From Hydrolagus colliei (taxonomy: Eukaryota), in the NCBI GenBank assembly GCA_035084275.1, contig CM068745.1, positions 38,502,001-38,566,000 on the forward strand: DNA of 64,000 nt, read 5' to 3'. The notes under the pieces are model-generated. The model had not been told where the DNA came from, did no database searches, and was given only the letters and a program-made list of their open reading frames with translations. A program made the translations under genes and the position numbers. How positions within the stretch are numbered: the stretch's first letter is position 1; each line of letters starts with the position of its first letter. Below are positions 13,708-25,820 of this stretch, piece by piece.

Positions 13708-14030
13708 TTGGGTTCGATTTCCAACAGGGCAAAACATTGGCCAAGTTTCCTAACTCCACACACCTCTGTTTACCGAGCAATAAGTAGGAATCGAATTGTT
13801 AGTTAAGTGGTAGATCGCTTTTCCAGTAATAATTATTTCCCACCAGCCCCCAAAATAATTGATCACTCAATCCACAAATTTTTATCGTACAGTGTGCAAT
13901 TCACTGCCACGTTTTGCACACAAAATATACAGTCAATTCACTTTACGGTATATTCTGTGAAGCACTTTGAGACGTCTCGAAGACATGATACAGCACTCTA
14001 TCAAATGCAAGCACTATTATTGTTATTATT
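13708..14030 (+). mobile_element. Deu-core SINE (long subfamily) abutting the L2
   Basis: Starts at B box TGGGTTCGATTTCC, has the ACCTCTGTTTACC insert and the SINE tail. Confidence 0.85.
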
Positions 14031-14183
14031 TAAAGATGATCAAGTCAGGATATCAGAACAAAACACATGATCTTGAGGGTTGCTGTGCAAAAAAAAACAA
14101 TTACCAGACTCAGTATTGTGAATCGTCTGACATTCCTATAGTTGCCCACGACTGTTATGCAATCTAATATTGTATTTAAGTAT

Positions 14184-14530
14184 ACAAACAAACAAACAAA
14201 ACTTACATTTATATAGCGCCTTTCACGTCGAGAGGACATCCCAAGGCGCTGTACAGTCAGGTAGGACAAGAGCAGGGTGGGAAGGATCAGGGCAGGATAA
14301 AGCATAGTAGGAAAAGTAACTGTATTAGTGGGCGAAACATGGCAGCCAAATTGCGCACAGCAGTGTCCCACAATCAGTCACGGAAGTGGGACTAGGGGCA
14401 AAAGGGGATAAAGAAGCAAAAGGGGAGGGGTCGAGGCAGGGGGAAAAAAGGCAGGAAAGTCGACTGTATATTTGTGGGCGAAACGCGGCAGCCAAATTGC
14501 GCACAGCAGTGTCCCCACAAACAATCGCGA
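14184..14530 (-). mobile_element. Chimeric retroposon: duplicated Deu core, pyrimidine linker, L2-type tail
   Basis: (ACAA)n-CTTACATTTATATAGCGCCTTTCACG L2-type tail joined to two copies of GTGGGCGAAAC..GGCAGCCAAATTGCGCACAGCAGTGTCCC; the same junction occurs at 61018-61160. Confidence 0.75.
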
Positions 14531-14963
14531 AAATGGGGCAAGATTTGTACATAGATATGTTTCATAGAGTTTCCATGTCTGGAATGGAATACACATTTTT
14601 CCTCTAGAAAGCCACCGCCTGCTTAACCAATTCTGGAATATATAAGCCATAGATTGGCAGGAGCTTAAGCACAGGATCCTAGAGTATGCTTGGGTACTGC
14701 TGGAGTCTAACCAGATAAAACCGCATAGCTTGCCATTGAATGAGATCAAATTTAATATCTGGCAATCTTCCTATTGCTTGTCCAGCTGGGATCACCCTAC
14801 ACATTGGGGTTTGCGCTTACAGGATTAACAGGAGCTGAAAGCTAAAAACAGGAGTAGATTGATAGATTTAATGTCTTTAGCTCACTCTTTCCCTCCACCC
14901 CCAGAAATCAAAGGAGACATGTATGTGATACGAAGAAGGAATGTATATTTCTATTCTGTCAAC

Positions 14964-15515
14964 TAGGGTCCGGCGATATACCGATATATCGCTGAAACCC
15001 GATATGATTTTCATATCGATACGCCGATATAGGCATTTTAAAAATATCGATATATCAAAAGACGGCTGGGGGGTTGGGAGGGGGAGATAGATGCTGGGGG
15101 CGGTGGTGGGAGAGAGAGACGGCTGGGGGGGTGGTGGGTAGAGAGATGGCTGGGGGGGGAGGGAGAGACGGCGGGTGGGGTGTGGGGAGAGACGGGTGGA
15201 TGTGATAATATACAAATAGATAGAGATGGAGGGGATGTGAGAGAGACACAGAGACACAGACAGAAAAACACAGAGATGGAGAGACTGAGAGACACAGAGA
15301 GAGAAAGATATTTACCTCCTGAGGAGATAGGTCCCGAATGCGCACGCACCCCGAATGCGCATGCACCCAGAACGCGCACGCACTCCGAATGCGCGCGCAC
15401 TTGCTTTGCGCGCATGCGCAGTACGAAAAAACCCAAAATATCGATATTTCGGTATATCTCGATATGAGCCCATCGATATATCTAAATCGGAAAATTTCCA
15501 TATCGACGGACCCTA
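14964..15515. mobile_element. Non-autonomous hAT element (MITE), copy 1
   Basis: TIRs TAGGGTCCG / CGGACCCTA; perfect 8-bp TSD CTGTCAAC (14956-14963 and 15516-15523); many subterminal CGATAT motifs. Confidence 0.92.
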
Positions 15516-15559
15516 CTGTCAACCCATGCCTCTAATCTTTGTATAAATTGAAGCGTATT

Positions 15560-15972
15560 CTGGCTCTGTGGTAGCACTCTTCCCTCTGAGTCAGAAGATT
15601 GTGGGGACTTGTAATCACATAGTCCTAAAATGACACTCCTGTACAAGGCTGTTGCATTGTGGAGATGCTAGCCTTCAGATGATACTTTAAACCAAGTCTG
15701 TCTACCTGTTCAGGTGGATATTAAATGGTACTGTATTTGAGAAGAGAAGGGAGTTTTTCTCTGTATCCTGGCCAACAATCTCGCCCCTCCATTCCCCCAC
15801 AAATAAAACTTGCGATTCACTGCATGGCTGCTTATGGGGCACTGACTGCCACATTTTTCCCTCAATATACACAGTGAAAACATTTTTCAGTATATCCTGT
15901 GAAACGCTTTGAGATATCTCAATGATGTATTAAGGTGCCAGATCAAATACAATGATTTTTAAAATTATTATT
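15560..15972 (+). mobile_element. SacSINE1-like DeuSINE
   Basis: GGTAGCACTCTTCCCTCTGAGTCAGAAGATTGTGG head and CTGTTCAGGTGGAT...GAGAAGAGAAGGGAGTT...CCTGGCCAAC Deu domain. Confidence 0.75.
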
Positions 15973-15989
15973 GTATATCTCTATCAATT

Positions 15990-16315
15990 GTAGTCCTAAA
16001 GCTTAGTGGTTAGAGCATTCACCTCGCAAGTGAGAGGACCTGAGTTTGATTCCCGGGCAGGACGAAACATTAGGCATCCTTCCTTCATACACATTTGTTC
16101 ACCTAGCAGCAAAGAACCCGGTTGTTAATCAAATGGCTACAGTCATCTGCCTTCCCCCCGGCTCAGTATCGTGCTCTATCACTGTCAAGAACTCTGGGAT
16201 GCTACCCTGTATGAGGCGCGCTATGTAAATGCAAGTTGTTATATTCTGCAAAGTGTTCTGAAACGTCTCAAATACATGATATGGTGCTATATCAAATGCA
16301 AGGATTATTATTATT
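15990..16315 (+). mobile_element. Deu-core SINE (long subfamily) with an inserted L2 tail (about 16140-16240)
   Basis: tRNA-like head, insert, then CTCTGGGATGCTACCCTGTATGAGGCGCGCTATGTAAATGCAAGTTGTT, then the SINE tail. Confidence 0.75.
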
Positions 16316-17472
16316 GTTCCTTATTTTACTCATTCAGGCTCCTGATAGCCCATGCTTGTGATTAACCTTCATATCTAAAGCATCAAGCATCTTGCATCCT
16401 CCTACCTCTTCCTTCTGGAGTTTCTATTCACTTCTTATCTCATTTAGCTTTGAACACCCTCTGACAACTTAATGTACTTTTGAATTTTTCTCAGAAAGTT
16501 TGCCTACAAAATACACAGTTGAGTGCATTGTATAATCAATCCTATACTCCAAGGCGGATATAGTTCATGTTAATATGCTGGTAAGATATTCACAAATACA
16601 TGTTAATGTATTCCCCTACTTATGTTTTTTTTGGTTAAAAACAAACAAAAGAACAATGGAGCCAACTGAATCTGCCTTCTCTCAACAGGCTTCCATAGTC
16701 AAATTTTCCAATGTTTGCCAGTTCCTGAATCAGCTTTCTTTTTATTTCAATTTATTCTCCCTTTCTCCTCTCCTTTCTCCTCCTCAAGATAATGACTCAT
16801 GTCGCAGTTTTGTTTCAAAGGCACCAGCAACTCTCTGGTATCTCATCCAAAGCTATTGATTTTTGAGCCTAGATAGTGCATTTTAATAGGTTCTTCAACT
16901 ACTGGACACATAGCAGCCATGTTTACCAAGGTTTTGGTCTGTTACTCCTTGGACAGTGGATTTCAATTAAAGTGGAACATTTCCCAACATCTTTTCTCCT
17001 TTGTCTTTGATGAGTGCACATAGTTGTGAAATTGCACCCCCGGTCTTTGTTCTAAATCATGAGAGATCCAATCATGAGTTCATTTTATATGGAAAGTGAT
17101 GGAGGAGATAAACACAAATTATGTAATTTTGGAGCAGATATTTCAGAATTACGATGCCAGAGGCACAGTTAAATACACCATCTTGTATAACAGTTGACAA
17201 AAAATATGTAATTTATGTTGAATTTCGGGGTCTCTGGAATAAAGTATAACAATGTAGAATGGAAAACTGGGTTTATAATTCATGCTCCAGATCACTGCCA
17301 ATCAGGAGAGTCATGAAATGCACAATTTAGGTATACTTTGTGCCAAGGTATCATTGCACAGAACAATTATATGTCATATTTTAACATATTTTTTATATGA
17401 AGGCAGTGCCATTGATTTTAAAAACATGGTGGTTCCCTATACATTTAGGAGTTGCACTGTGTGAAGTATGCA

Positions 17473-18935
17473 AACAGAAACATAGAAACAGGAGTCGGCC
17501 ACTCTGCCCCTTGAGCCTGTTCCCCCATACTAAAAGATCATATCCCTTAATACCCTGATCTAACCTAAGTCTTGAAAATGTGAATGCATCCAGCATCCAC
17601 AGCCTTTTGTGGGGAGAGAAAAGTTGCAGATTTCCACAACCCTTGGGTGATTAAACGGTCTCCTAATTTCACTCCTAATTTTATTCATTCAGAACTTTGC
17701 TGCCCGCAAACAAACACTTGTGCATCATTTGTCACCTCCAGCCTGGATTACTCAAATGCAGTCCTTGTTGATCTTTGCAGCTCCACTATTCAAAAGATCC
17801 AGCTTATTCAGTACTTTGCTGCACGGATACTTTACCGAACCAAACTCCGTAACCACATCTCACCAGTTCTGGCACAGGCTCCACTAGTTCCCATCACTGA
17901 ATGGATCGACTTCAAGATCCTCACACTCATGTTCAAATCCCTTCACTCTTCAGCACCGTCCTATCTCTCCAACCTGATCACTCCCCAATCCACCACCCGC
18001 ACCTCCACTCGACTGGCACTGGCCTCCTGCTCATCCCACGCACAGTCTGCCTCACCGTCAGATGTCATGCTTTTAGCCACTATGCCCTGAAACTCCGGAA
18101 CACTCTCCCTTAATACTTCCACCTTGCCCCTCTCGCTGTTTTTTCAAGTCCCGCCATTCTCAATCCGATCACCCCTCAACCTTTGGAAATCAAGGGAATA
18201 GAGACCAAGTTTATGCTACCTGTAATCAGAATTTAACCTTTGAGTCCTGGAATAAATCTGGTGAATCTGCACTGCACCCCCTCCAGAAACAATATGTTCT
18301 TCCTGATGTACGGTGCCCAAAACTGAACACAATACTCCAGGTGGGGTTTGAACAAGGCTTTATTTTTAGTTGCAGCATAATTTCCTCTCCTTTATATTCT
18401 AGCACCTTGGAGATACAGGTAAACATCCCATCAGGTTTTTTGATAACTTTGTGTATCTGTGCACTTGTATTTAGTGATTATTGTATGTGGAAACAAAATA
18501 TTGTTAATAATAATAATAATAATAATTATTGCATTTAATACAGTATAGTGCTTTTCACATCTTCTAGATGTCTCAAAGCGTTTCACAGAATATACTGTAA
18601 AGTTAATTAATCATATATTTGTGGGCAGGACGCAACAACCATTTGCGCACAGCAGTGTCCCACAAACAGTCGTGAATTCAGTGACCAAATTATTATTGTG
18701 TTTTTTTGGAGAGATTATTATTAGGCGTGTGGAGTAAGGAAACTTGCCCAAGATTTTGCCCTGCTGGGAATTGAACCCAGGTCTTTCAATTGTAAGGTGA
18801 GTGCTCGAACCACTGAGCTACAGGACTCAATTAAGAAATAATATGAAGAGAATGTTCTGCTTTGCTACTTTTAGATCCATAGTGGATGACCCCACATTGA
18901 ATTCCATCTGCCACAATTTTGCCCACTCAGTCCAA
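17473..18935 (-). mobile_element. CR1 LINE 3' fragment interrupted by an L2 (about 17700-18150, +) and a SINE (about 18505-18830, -)
   Basis: CR1 tail AGAAACATAGAAACAGGAGT; ORF 18226-18426 SKVLEYK.EEIMLQL; WQMEFNV remnant near 18900; L2 ORF 17584-18090 SFVTSSLDYSNAVL. Confidence 0.85.
18505..18830 (-). mobile_element. Full-length Deu-core SINE (short subfamily)
   Basis: (TAA)n tail, core, head ending ...CCACTGAGCTACAGGACTC. Confidence 0.9.
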
Positions 18936-20383
18936 TAAGGGTAAAATAGTCTTCTTGAAAAATAATCTCCAATTTGAAGCATTGGTAGCTGTACATGATT
19001 CTGAAAACAATCACCTTGCTTTCAAAATTAAAACTGGTCTGCAAGGCATTGTATTTGAAATATTATATGATGATTTACTGATACCAAGTTATGTGAATCC
19101 AACAAAAATGGAGTGAAATCAAATTCACTCAATACTCCTTTTCCTTTTGTTTATAATAGTAATAATTTTATTTCAGGGATATCTCAAATCCCCTTAAATC
19201 CCCACAGGAGAGTGTAAAGTGTAATGACTGTGTATTTTGCAGACAGATGCCTCACTCAATTTGCGCACAGCAAAGTCTTACAGACGGCAATAAAGTGAAC
19301 GACCAATTTCATCTGGGAGCTGTTGGGAATAACTTTGAACAAGTATATGGGATCTCAGTTTAATGTCTCTAGTTCCAGCCTCAGAGAACTGCAGCAGATA
19401 AGTAGGGCCTAAAATGAGGCAAATGCAAATACCATTCCTCACCAAGAAATTTATGATTATGTACCTCCAACTTGAAGAAATTCCTTCCAACACACAATTT
19501 ATTTCGGATTACTGGAAGAAAGCCCCATTTTGGTTTTTGTAATTAAGGGATCACATTTGAAATTGCATGTTTTAGACTACACTAACAGTTTAAATAATAA
19601 TAATAATCCTTGCATTTCATATAGTGCTTTATCACCTCAAGATGTCTTAAAGCACTTCACAGAATATGCTGGAAAGCAAATTGACTGTATATTTTGTAAA
19701 GTGATAATCCTTTATGTATGTTATAGAATTCCATTTGGAATGGCCTTGAAATCAGTGAATGATAATCCTTCACCGAAGGCTTCTCTGTGAAATCCCAGAC
19801 AAAAGTTTCATCCAGCCAGAAATTAAATGGGCATGCTTTATTGATGACACAGCAAAGCTCAGCAGACAAGGCATGAGGTGGGGGAGCTCTCCACTAACAC
19901 GATAAATGCTTCCTGATTGATCTGTCAAAAGGAAAATTACATGGCAATGAATGACAGGTAATGGATACATTCAGTGAGGCTCCTGTTGCCTGGCATTTGG
20001 GTCTCTGGTTAGAATGAATCATCACCTCTTCTTCTCCATAGAGAACCTATTTAAGGGAGGGTTATTCTTCATTGGTAGAAATTTAATAAAACTGTAACAA
20101 TATTTCATGTAGGGGTGAAAAATATAACATAATTGTCTCCTCCCACTGGCTTCACTGTAATAGTTTGGCCTATAGATTTCTGTGTTCTTTTGCTACCCCA
20201 CCTCACAGATTGACTGTAGCTAAAAATAGGACACTGGCTTAACTCATTCAGTATCATGTGGAGCAGCACTAAAATCCTGTGTCCAAGATTTTTTACAAAC
20301 TGAGACCTGAATTTTTTTGAAATTCAAACAATCCATTGTGCAGAAATAATAATCCTTGTGCTGTATTTGATGTAAAAATTGTG

Positions 20384-20500
20384 CAGTCCTGTAGCTCAGT
20401 GGTTGGAATACTCGCCTCGTAAGTGAGAGACCTGGGTTTGATTCATGGCAGGGCGAAATGTTGGGCAAGGTTCTTTACTCCATGCGCAAGGATTATTATT
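20384..20500 (+). mobile_element. SINE head joined directly to tail (internal deletion)
   Basis: GTCCTGTAGCTCAGTGGTTGG...CTTTACTCCATGC followed at once by GCAAGGATTATTATT. Confidence 0.75.
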
Positions 20501-20624
20501 ATAGAAATCACGTTATTTTATTATTATTATAGAAGTCACATAATTGAAATGTCGCAATGTCTTACACAGGATTTATTATAGAGTTCAGTAACTATATTGT
20601 AAGCGATTGTAGAAATCAATTTAT

Positions 20625-20980
20625 AATCAATAATAATCCTTGAATTTAATATAATGCCTTTCACGTTGGGAGAATGTCTCAAAGTGCTTCACAGCATTTA
20701 CTGTAAATGTAGTAACTATATTTTTAAAAGCAAATGTGGTCGACAAATTGTACACAGCAGTGTCTCACAAACAGCCATGAAGTGAATGGTTTATTTCATC
20801 TGTGAGGTTTCACCCAGTATACCAGGTGAAACTCTCTTCTCTTTCAAATTATGCCATGGATCTTTAATGAACACACAGACAAACAGATGGTATCCCAGTT
20901 AAACATCTCATTCAAAGGAATAGAACCTCCCATAAAACAACCTCGACTATGTGAGTTCAAAAGCCTAATGTAGGGTTGGG
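20625..20980 (-). mobile_element. SacSINE1-like DeuSINE, degraded
   Basis: SINE tail and core, then ACTCTCTTCTCTTTCAAATTATGCCATGGATCTTT Deu domain in reverse. Confidence 0.65.
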
Positions 20981-21200
20981 CATGATGGAGGAGCAGTGCC
21001 TGGAGAGGCTACCAGGGAGGATATTACTGAGCTGTGCCACTTTCTATACAATCCTCTGCAGGAGCCATTCACCCTTAGGACTGCACTACAAATATGTTGT
21101 GTCACCAAAACTTTTCAGGCATCCACAGAGGATATCTCACATCAGCCAGTTTCCAAGTCTCTCTGTGAGAGAGCAACAGCAGGTACCTTACACAACTAAT
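20980..21200 (+). pseudogene. PIF/Harbinger (HARBI1-like) nuclease remnant
   Basis: Two frames give EEQCLERL / REDITELCHFL..PLQ....LRTAL....VTK.FQASTEDIS / HISQF, resembling the HARBI1-type N-terminus (EQCLRRLRF..E.VTELC.LL...L.P....RTAL...KV.....FQ...GDI..ISQ). Confidence 0.6.
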
Positions 21201-21959
21201 AGATGACTCAGACCTGTCATCTGCAGGTCTGCCATATGGAGGTATCTGCAGCACTAGCTGAATGCCACTGACAGAGGGCACTTCATCACTTGAGCTGCTC
21301 CTACATTTGAGAAAAGAGGCAACCTTGAGAGTCACTGGAACACATTTGTTTTTTCTGTTTGCTATACATACTTCTGTGAAATGTTATTGAGAACAAATTA
21401 AACCTTCTCCCAGTTGGTCTCTATAAATAGTCAAAAGCAAGAAACATTCCCAATGCCCATTCCTGTATAGGTTTTAACAAACTGGTGACAATTTGCAGAC
21501 AATTGAGAACATGTAGATTGACAGAAATGCTCTATGATCCTACTGTTCATAGAGTTTGATTTCTCCAACATCTGAACATCAATAGCTACTGGGATTTTTT
21601 TTTACATGACCCACATTTGGCTGCACTATTCTTCAAACCTATCTCTTTGATTTTGTTTATGGTCATTTTAAGCGCTTTGAGACATGTTAAACTGACCATT
21701 AGCGTGAAGACTATCTTTGCTACATAAACACACTCCCTCTCAAAGGTTAGGAACCTTTGATATACTTGTTAATATACTTAACAGTTTCTAGCTTTAAACA
21801 CAGATTTTTAAAAAAGCAAAACAAAAATCATACCTCACCCTTAGGTCAGGAGAGACTGCGACAATGCTTTCTTCACAGGCCTCCCAAATTCCAGCTTCCA
21901 CAAGCTCTAGCATAGACAAACCTCAGCAGTTCATAATCTCTCCCAAACCAAGCTTCCAT

Positions 21960-22622
21960 TATTCCCATCTACCCATCCATTATTACCATCTTTGCCAGAC
22001 TTCACGAATATCCAATATCCCAGACTTTAACACTTTGCTTCATTCATGGCTTCATCACATCCAGGTTAGACTACTCTTGTTGGCCTTCCCAATTCCTCCC
22101 TCCATGGGCTGATGATAATCCATGTCCTCTACCACTCCAAGCTTTGTGACCCCATCTTCCCCCATTCTCTCCGGACTCCATTTGCTTCCCAACACCCAAA
22201 GGATTCAATTCAAGATTCTGGTCCTCACAGTCCAAGCCCTCCATGGCCTCGCCGCACCCTACCTCTGCAAACTCCTAACCCCCTACCAACCTGCCTGCTC
22301 CCTCCGATCAGCAGGCCTGCTCCATATCCGCCGACCCACCAACCCCACCATTGGTGGGCGAACCTTCAGCCAGTCTGCCCCTAACCTCATGGAACTCCAC
22401 AGTCCTTCTGCCTCGCCCCCTCCCTAGCCTCCCTTTAAGTCCTGCCTCAACACCCTCCTCTTTGATGGTCCCATCAGTCACCCCAATTCCTAACCTTTCC
22501 CTCCACTCTCCCCATCCCTGACCCCAGTTCGCATCTGAAATAATGACTGGCCAGTGCCTTGGGACGTCCTCCTGGTGTGAAAGGCTCTATACAAGTGTAA
22601 TTTGTTTGTTGCTGTTGTTTGC
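21960..22622 (+). mobile_element. L2 LINE 3' end
   Basis: ORF 22122-22427 LSGLHLLP..QRIQFKILVL...GGRTFSQSAP; L2 tail GCCTTGGGACGTCCTCC...GTGAAAGGC. Confidence 0.9.
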
Positions 22623-23984
22623 CGTACAAGGTAAGAAGGTAGAAACGTAAAACAAACATACAAATCCAGAATGTGTTCGGCAGTGATTTTAGCTGTTACC
22701 ATGCCTTTAACAATAGTTGTTTTTCAGGAATTTGGGCATTTTACTATAAAGCAAATGCAAACAAGGAAATATGTATATTTGCATTTCCATTCCATTTAAA
22801 TAAATTCAATTTCTGCTGAAAATGTAGTCAATTTCTGTGGAAATCTATCAGGACTAATAACTAAATATAGTAAGTGAAGAATAAGATGAAGATAATAAAA
22901 TAAAACCAGTTTCCATCAGAGTCATGCAGCATCTAACAATTATCACAGGTGTTCATTGTTTCAATGCGTATAAGATCAAATTTTATAACAATTACAGCTT
23001 TGTTTCACCTGGTTTGCAATTTTAGCTGATAAAAATCCTGCAGTATTCCAACACGCATTCTGAGGTCCCCAAGCCGTAGCTCTTGTCAACCTGCACCTCA
23101 TACTTTCCAGAATTAGGTAAGCAGCATGCTTCCCTCCAGGGAGATAGTGCACATAACCTTAAAAAAAACGTTAGTCAAATGTAATTACATGCGTTATTGC
23201 AAATGCTCCCACCGTAAGACACATTTACTATGTTTAGAAATGACAGATAAACTATTATAGAGTCTGACTGCTCAGTCATATAAAAGCATATTAACTTTTA
23301 GTACAGAACACATGACAAATGTATTTGAATAAATGAAATCTAATGATATGTATGAAGAAAACAGAAAAAGGCACTTAGCAGTGCAGCGCAAAAAGCATTG
23401 TTCACATTTCTTTGCTACAACAATCACAGCACCTTCAGTAGTTTAAGACACTATGACATACTAAACCAACATGCTCATGCCCACACACATATTTTGAGCC
23501 ATTTAATACAATAGGCGATGGGATAGAACTGGCAGGGAGGAACAAAGCTGTTTGTACTGCAACCTGCCTCCGGAAGGTTTATAATACTTACAAGATCAGC
23601 CAAAATAAAGTGACTTCTTTGGTCAGGACCCATATTCAGCATCCAGATAAATCAGTAGATATTGGGGTCTATTCAAGCTGACTCACAGGTGGAATATATC
23701 ACTGAAATAATGATATATCCAGTTCCAGCCAAATTCTTTCAAACTTATTGAAAAAAAGTCTAAAATCAGCCTTCCAGCATGGTACACACACACAATGAGC
23801 AGGAAATACCACTAATGTCACTTCCTATGCAATGTGTACATGCTGTTAACAGAAAGTGCCATTTTTATATCCGTTTATGATTTAATAACCTGGAAATCTG
23901 TCTATTTTGTAATAAAATCATTGATTTTACAATCGTTCTGACAAAATATTTTGACAAATCATTAAATTACCATTTTTCTATTTG

Positions 23985-25820
23985 ACCAGATTTGGAGCTA
24001 TCTTGGACCATCTCCTTTAACTCCTCAATCCCTCTCCCACCACCACCATACCCTCTCCATCTCCTATCACCCCTGGAAAAATATCTCCCCACACCCACCC
24101 CTCTGCGGCCTTGGAGTTACCTGAACTCCTCTCCCTCTGGGCTGTTTCCCACAATATTCATGCACCAGTCACCCTCCACAATTCCCTCTCTTCCACGCTC
24201 AATTCCCTTGCTGCCCTCACTTCCTAAACCGTCTTCTACTCAAGACAGTCACCATGGTACACCAGCCACCTCTGCTTCCTTAAGACACAGATGAGTGCCA
24301 ATGATGAATGTACCTGTCTCAAATCTAACTTAACAGTCCATCGGCAGATCTGGCTGGAACTTAACAAATTCCACCCTCGCTAAATTGTCTTTCTACTCCA
24401 AGACAATCTTGGAGGCCAAGGACAACCCCAGTTCCTCTTTTCCATCACCAACCAGCTCCTCTGTCCACCCTCTCATGCCTCGCCCATTCTCTCCTCGAAC
24501 ACCAACTGTGAGGCGAAGCTGGACTTCTTCAAAACTAAAGTCAAGGGGATGCCTTCAGCTGCCGCTGCCCTTCCATCTACTACCCTTTCCCCATCTCTCC
24601 CAACCCCTACCCATCCTTCCCTCCACACCTTTGAACCTGTCTCTCACTCCAATCTCACCACCACTTTAAACTACATGAAACAGACCATCTGTTCCCTCAT
24701 CCTATCCCTACCCCTCCCCTCACCTCCTAACTCCACTTCCTTGCCCTTCTACTTACCGACATCATAAATCTCTTCCTGTCCACTGGCACCATTCCCACCC
24801 CCTTTAAAAACATCTGTCATCACTCATATCCTTAAATAAATCCTTCCTTGGACTCAACACTTCTCTCAAACTACTGCCCCATCTCCAACCTCCCTTTACT
24901 TTCCAAGGTCCTGGAATGAGCCATGGCTTCACTCTTTCCGCTCCCTTCACAAATCCCGCTAATCTTGTTTCCGTGCTTCCCACAGCACGAAACAGCTTTG
25001 GTCAATGTGACAAATTACATAATACCTATCTGAAAACAGGGCTTCCTCTGCCTCCTCGTCCTTCTTGACTTCTCTGCTGCTTTCAAAACTGTTGACCTCT
25101 CCATCCTCCTCCACCACCTCTTCTCTCACCTCAATAGTCCCAAATTTAAAATAAAGTGAAAATTTATCCCGTGGCATCATCCGCAGACATGGGCTAAATT
25201 TCCACTTTATTTTAAATTTGGAATGACACCCAACTCTACCATTCCGCTTTCACCCTCAACTCCAGGACTACCAGTGTCTTGATTGCCTGCCTGTTCCAAC
25301 GTCGAGTCCTGGATGAGGAACAACTTTCTTCAGCTGAACGTCAGCAAGATTGAGGCCCTCCTGATTGGCTCGCATCAGTGCATCCGCACTTTGGGCACTG
25401 GCAGTAGCAATATCCACGACTGCACATTCCATCTCTTAAAACCAGTCAGGAATCTGTGAGATTTGTTTGACCCTGAACTGTCCTTTCTCCCTCACATCTG
25501 CGCCATAACAAGTACTGTGTTCCACCACCTCCATTCTGCCTCACCCTCAGGCTGCCAAGGAGGGAGTTCATGCATTCATCACATCAAGGCTTCACTATGG
25601 AAACTCCCTCCTTGTCAGCCTTCCCAGCTCTTCCCTTCAAAAGCTGCAGATCAACCACAACTCTGCAGCTCTTGTCTCTCCTGCTCCATGATCCAATCAC
25701 TCCTACCCTCACCCCACCCCCATGCTCAGGAGGGGACACCTGATTGTTTGTTCAGTGCCTTGGGACATTCTTCCGATGTGAAAGGTGCTTCATAGATGTA
25801 ATTTTGTTTGTTTGTTTGTT
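23985..25820 (+). mobile_element. L2 LINE, about 1.8 kb, internally deleted ORF2 to tail
   Basis: FYSKTILEAKDNP, NYCPISNLPLLSKVLE, FRASHST, LLDFSAAF, DTQLY, FLQLNVSK, FDPELSF motifs in order; tail at about 25750-25820. Confidence 0.9.

Noticed and set aside
14560-14750. RWLSRGK in ORF 14378-14749 as a hAT transposase motif
   Set aside because: The surrounding residues do not fit the Charlie context seen at 9217-9561; probably chance.
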